From positions 4,030,001 to 4,094,000 of the forward strand of contig NC_089429.1 of the NCBI RefSeq assembly GCF_026210795.1: 64,000 nt of DNA, read 5' to 3'. The translations under genes and the position numbers were made by a program. Positions 63,147 to 64,000 of the stretch are shown here, one piece after another; within the stretch, counting starts at the first letter, position 1, and each line of letters opens with the position of its first letter. Below the pieces are notes generated by a model, which saw only the letters and a program-made list of their open reading frames with translations, was not told the DNA's origin and searched no databases. The stretch is from Rhizophagus irregularis. Lineage: Eukaryota.

Positions 63147-64000
63147 TATGAACTCAATTTCACTTCCATATTTTTTATTTCGTGATCATGGTAACATTAA
63201 AGATGCAGAGCTTTTATTGCAAGATATGAATAATAAGAGAAGTAAAATGGTGATTATGTTTTCGATTTGATTATCACTATATCACTACCGTATTTAGAAA
63301 ATCCTGATGGAATATGTCCAGTTACTAGAATAGTATGGAATGCCAGGCTGGACAGATATGGCATGCCAGACTGGACAGAAATTTAATGTTAAGGGTTAAA
63401 TTATTTGACGTTTAAGGTTAACTGTGACAGTCAAATATTTTACCAATTTCACCATAACCTTTGCCATCACCGTCAAACTGTTTGATTTTACAGCTATAAT
63501 CTTTGTCGTTCACCATCAAACCGTTTAAAAAAGTTTACTGATAGGCAAACAGTTGCCTGATTAAGTAAATCATTTACTAATAAATCTAGCATATATATTG
63601 CTATTTTTTAATTTTAACTATTCTTAGTAATTTTTTTTAAATATAAAAGGCAATTTTATAAATTTAGAATTACTTGTTATAGTATGACCAAAATCTAACA
63701 TCAAATTTCCAAATATCAATGATACCTATTTTCGCAAACTTTCGTTTTCTAATTTTTTCTTTAGTGAACATGTTCCACTACTATATATTGCTCCTTGTAC
63801 ACGTACTTCTACATAAATGTCTCGTTTTCTCTCATAACAGTCTCTTTTTTCTCACAAAATCTCTTTTTCATTCACAACAACTTACTTTTCTTCACATTTA
63901 ATATATTTTTTCTATACAATCTATACTTCAATAAATTTCCATTTCTTTTTAAAGTTTACTTTTTTTTCGTAAAATTATGTTTGGTTCAGGTAAATGCTAT

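Overview
Very AT-rich eukaryotic DNA with short GT-AG introns, almost entirely transposon-derived. It resembles an arbuscular mycorrhizal fungus (Rhizophagus-like), but that is my inference from style, not a database result. I see no intact housekeeping gene. Main components: (1) 1-5.5 kb, a compact, intronless, higher-GC element pairing a retrotransposon-type Gag and aspartic protease with a convergent Maverick/Polinton-type integrase-chromodomain, a DUF5679-like Zn-ribbon gene and iteron-like repeats, with no RT in view. (2) 5.5-31.8 kb, a nested stack of CACTA/CMC-type DNA transposons, including a ~19.5-kb element with a disrupted CMC transposase and a Myb/SANT gene, plus hAT MITEs. (3) 32317-43672, a young, full-length Ty3/Gypsy element (1098-bp LTRs, CCGG TSD) inserted in an RNase H-bearing LINE; its RT-RNase H is fused to a thymidylate/dNMP-kinase-like P-loop domain and its Gag has a ~640-aa N-terminal extension. 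(4) 48-64 kb, MITEs and decayed genes. Three different non-autonomous CACTA-like elements each carry arrays of micro-exons and mini-introns whose branch points (and often 5' splice sites) sit in hairpins with covarying stems. All family assignments come from motifs read by eye.
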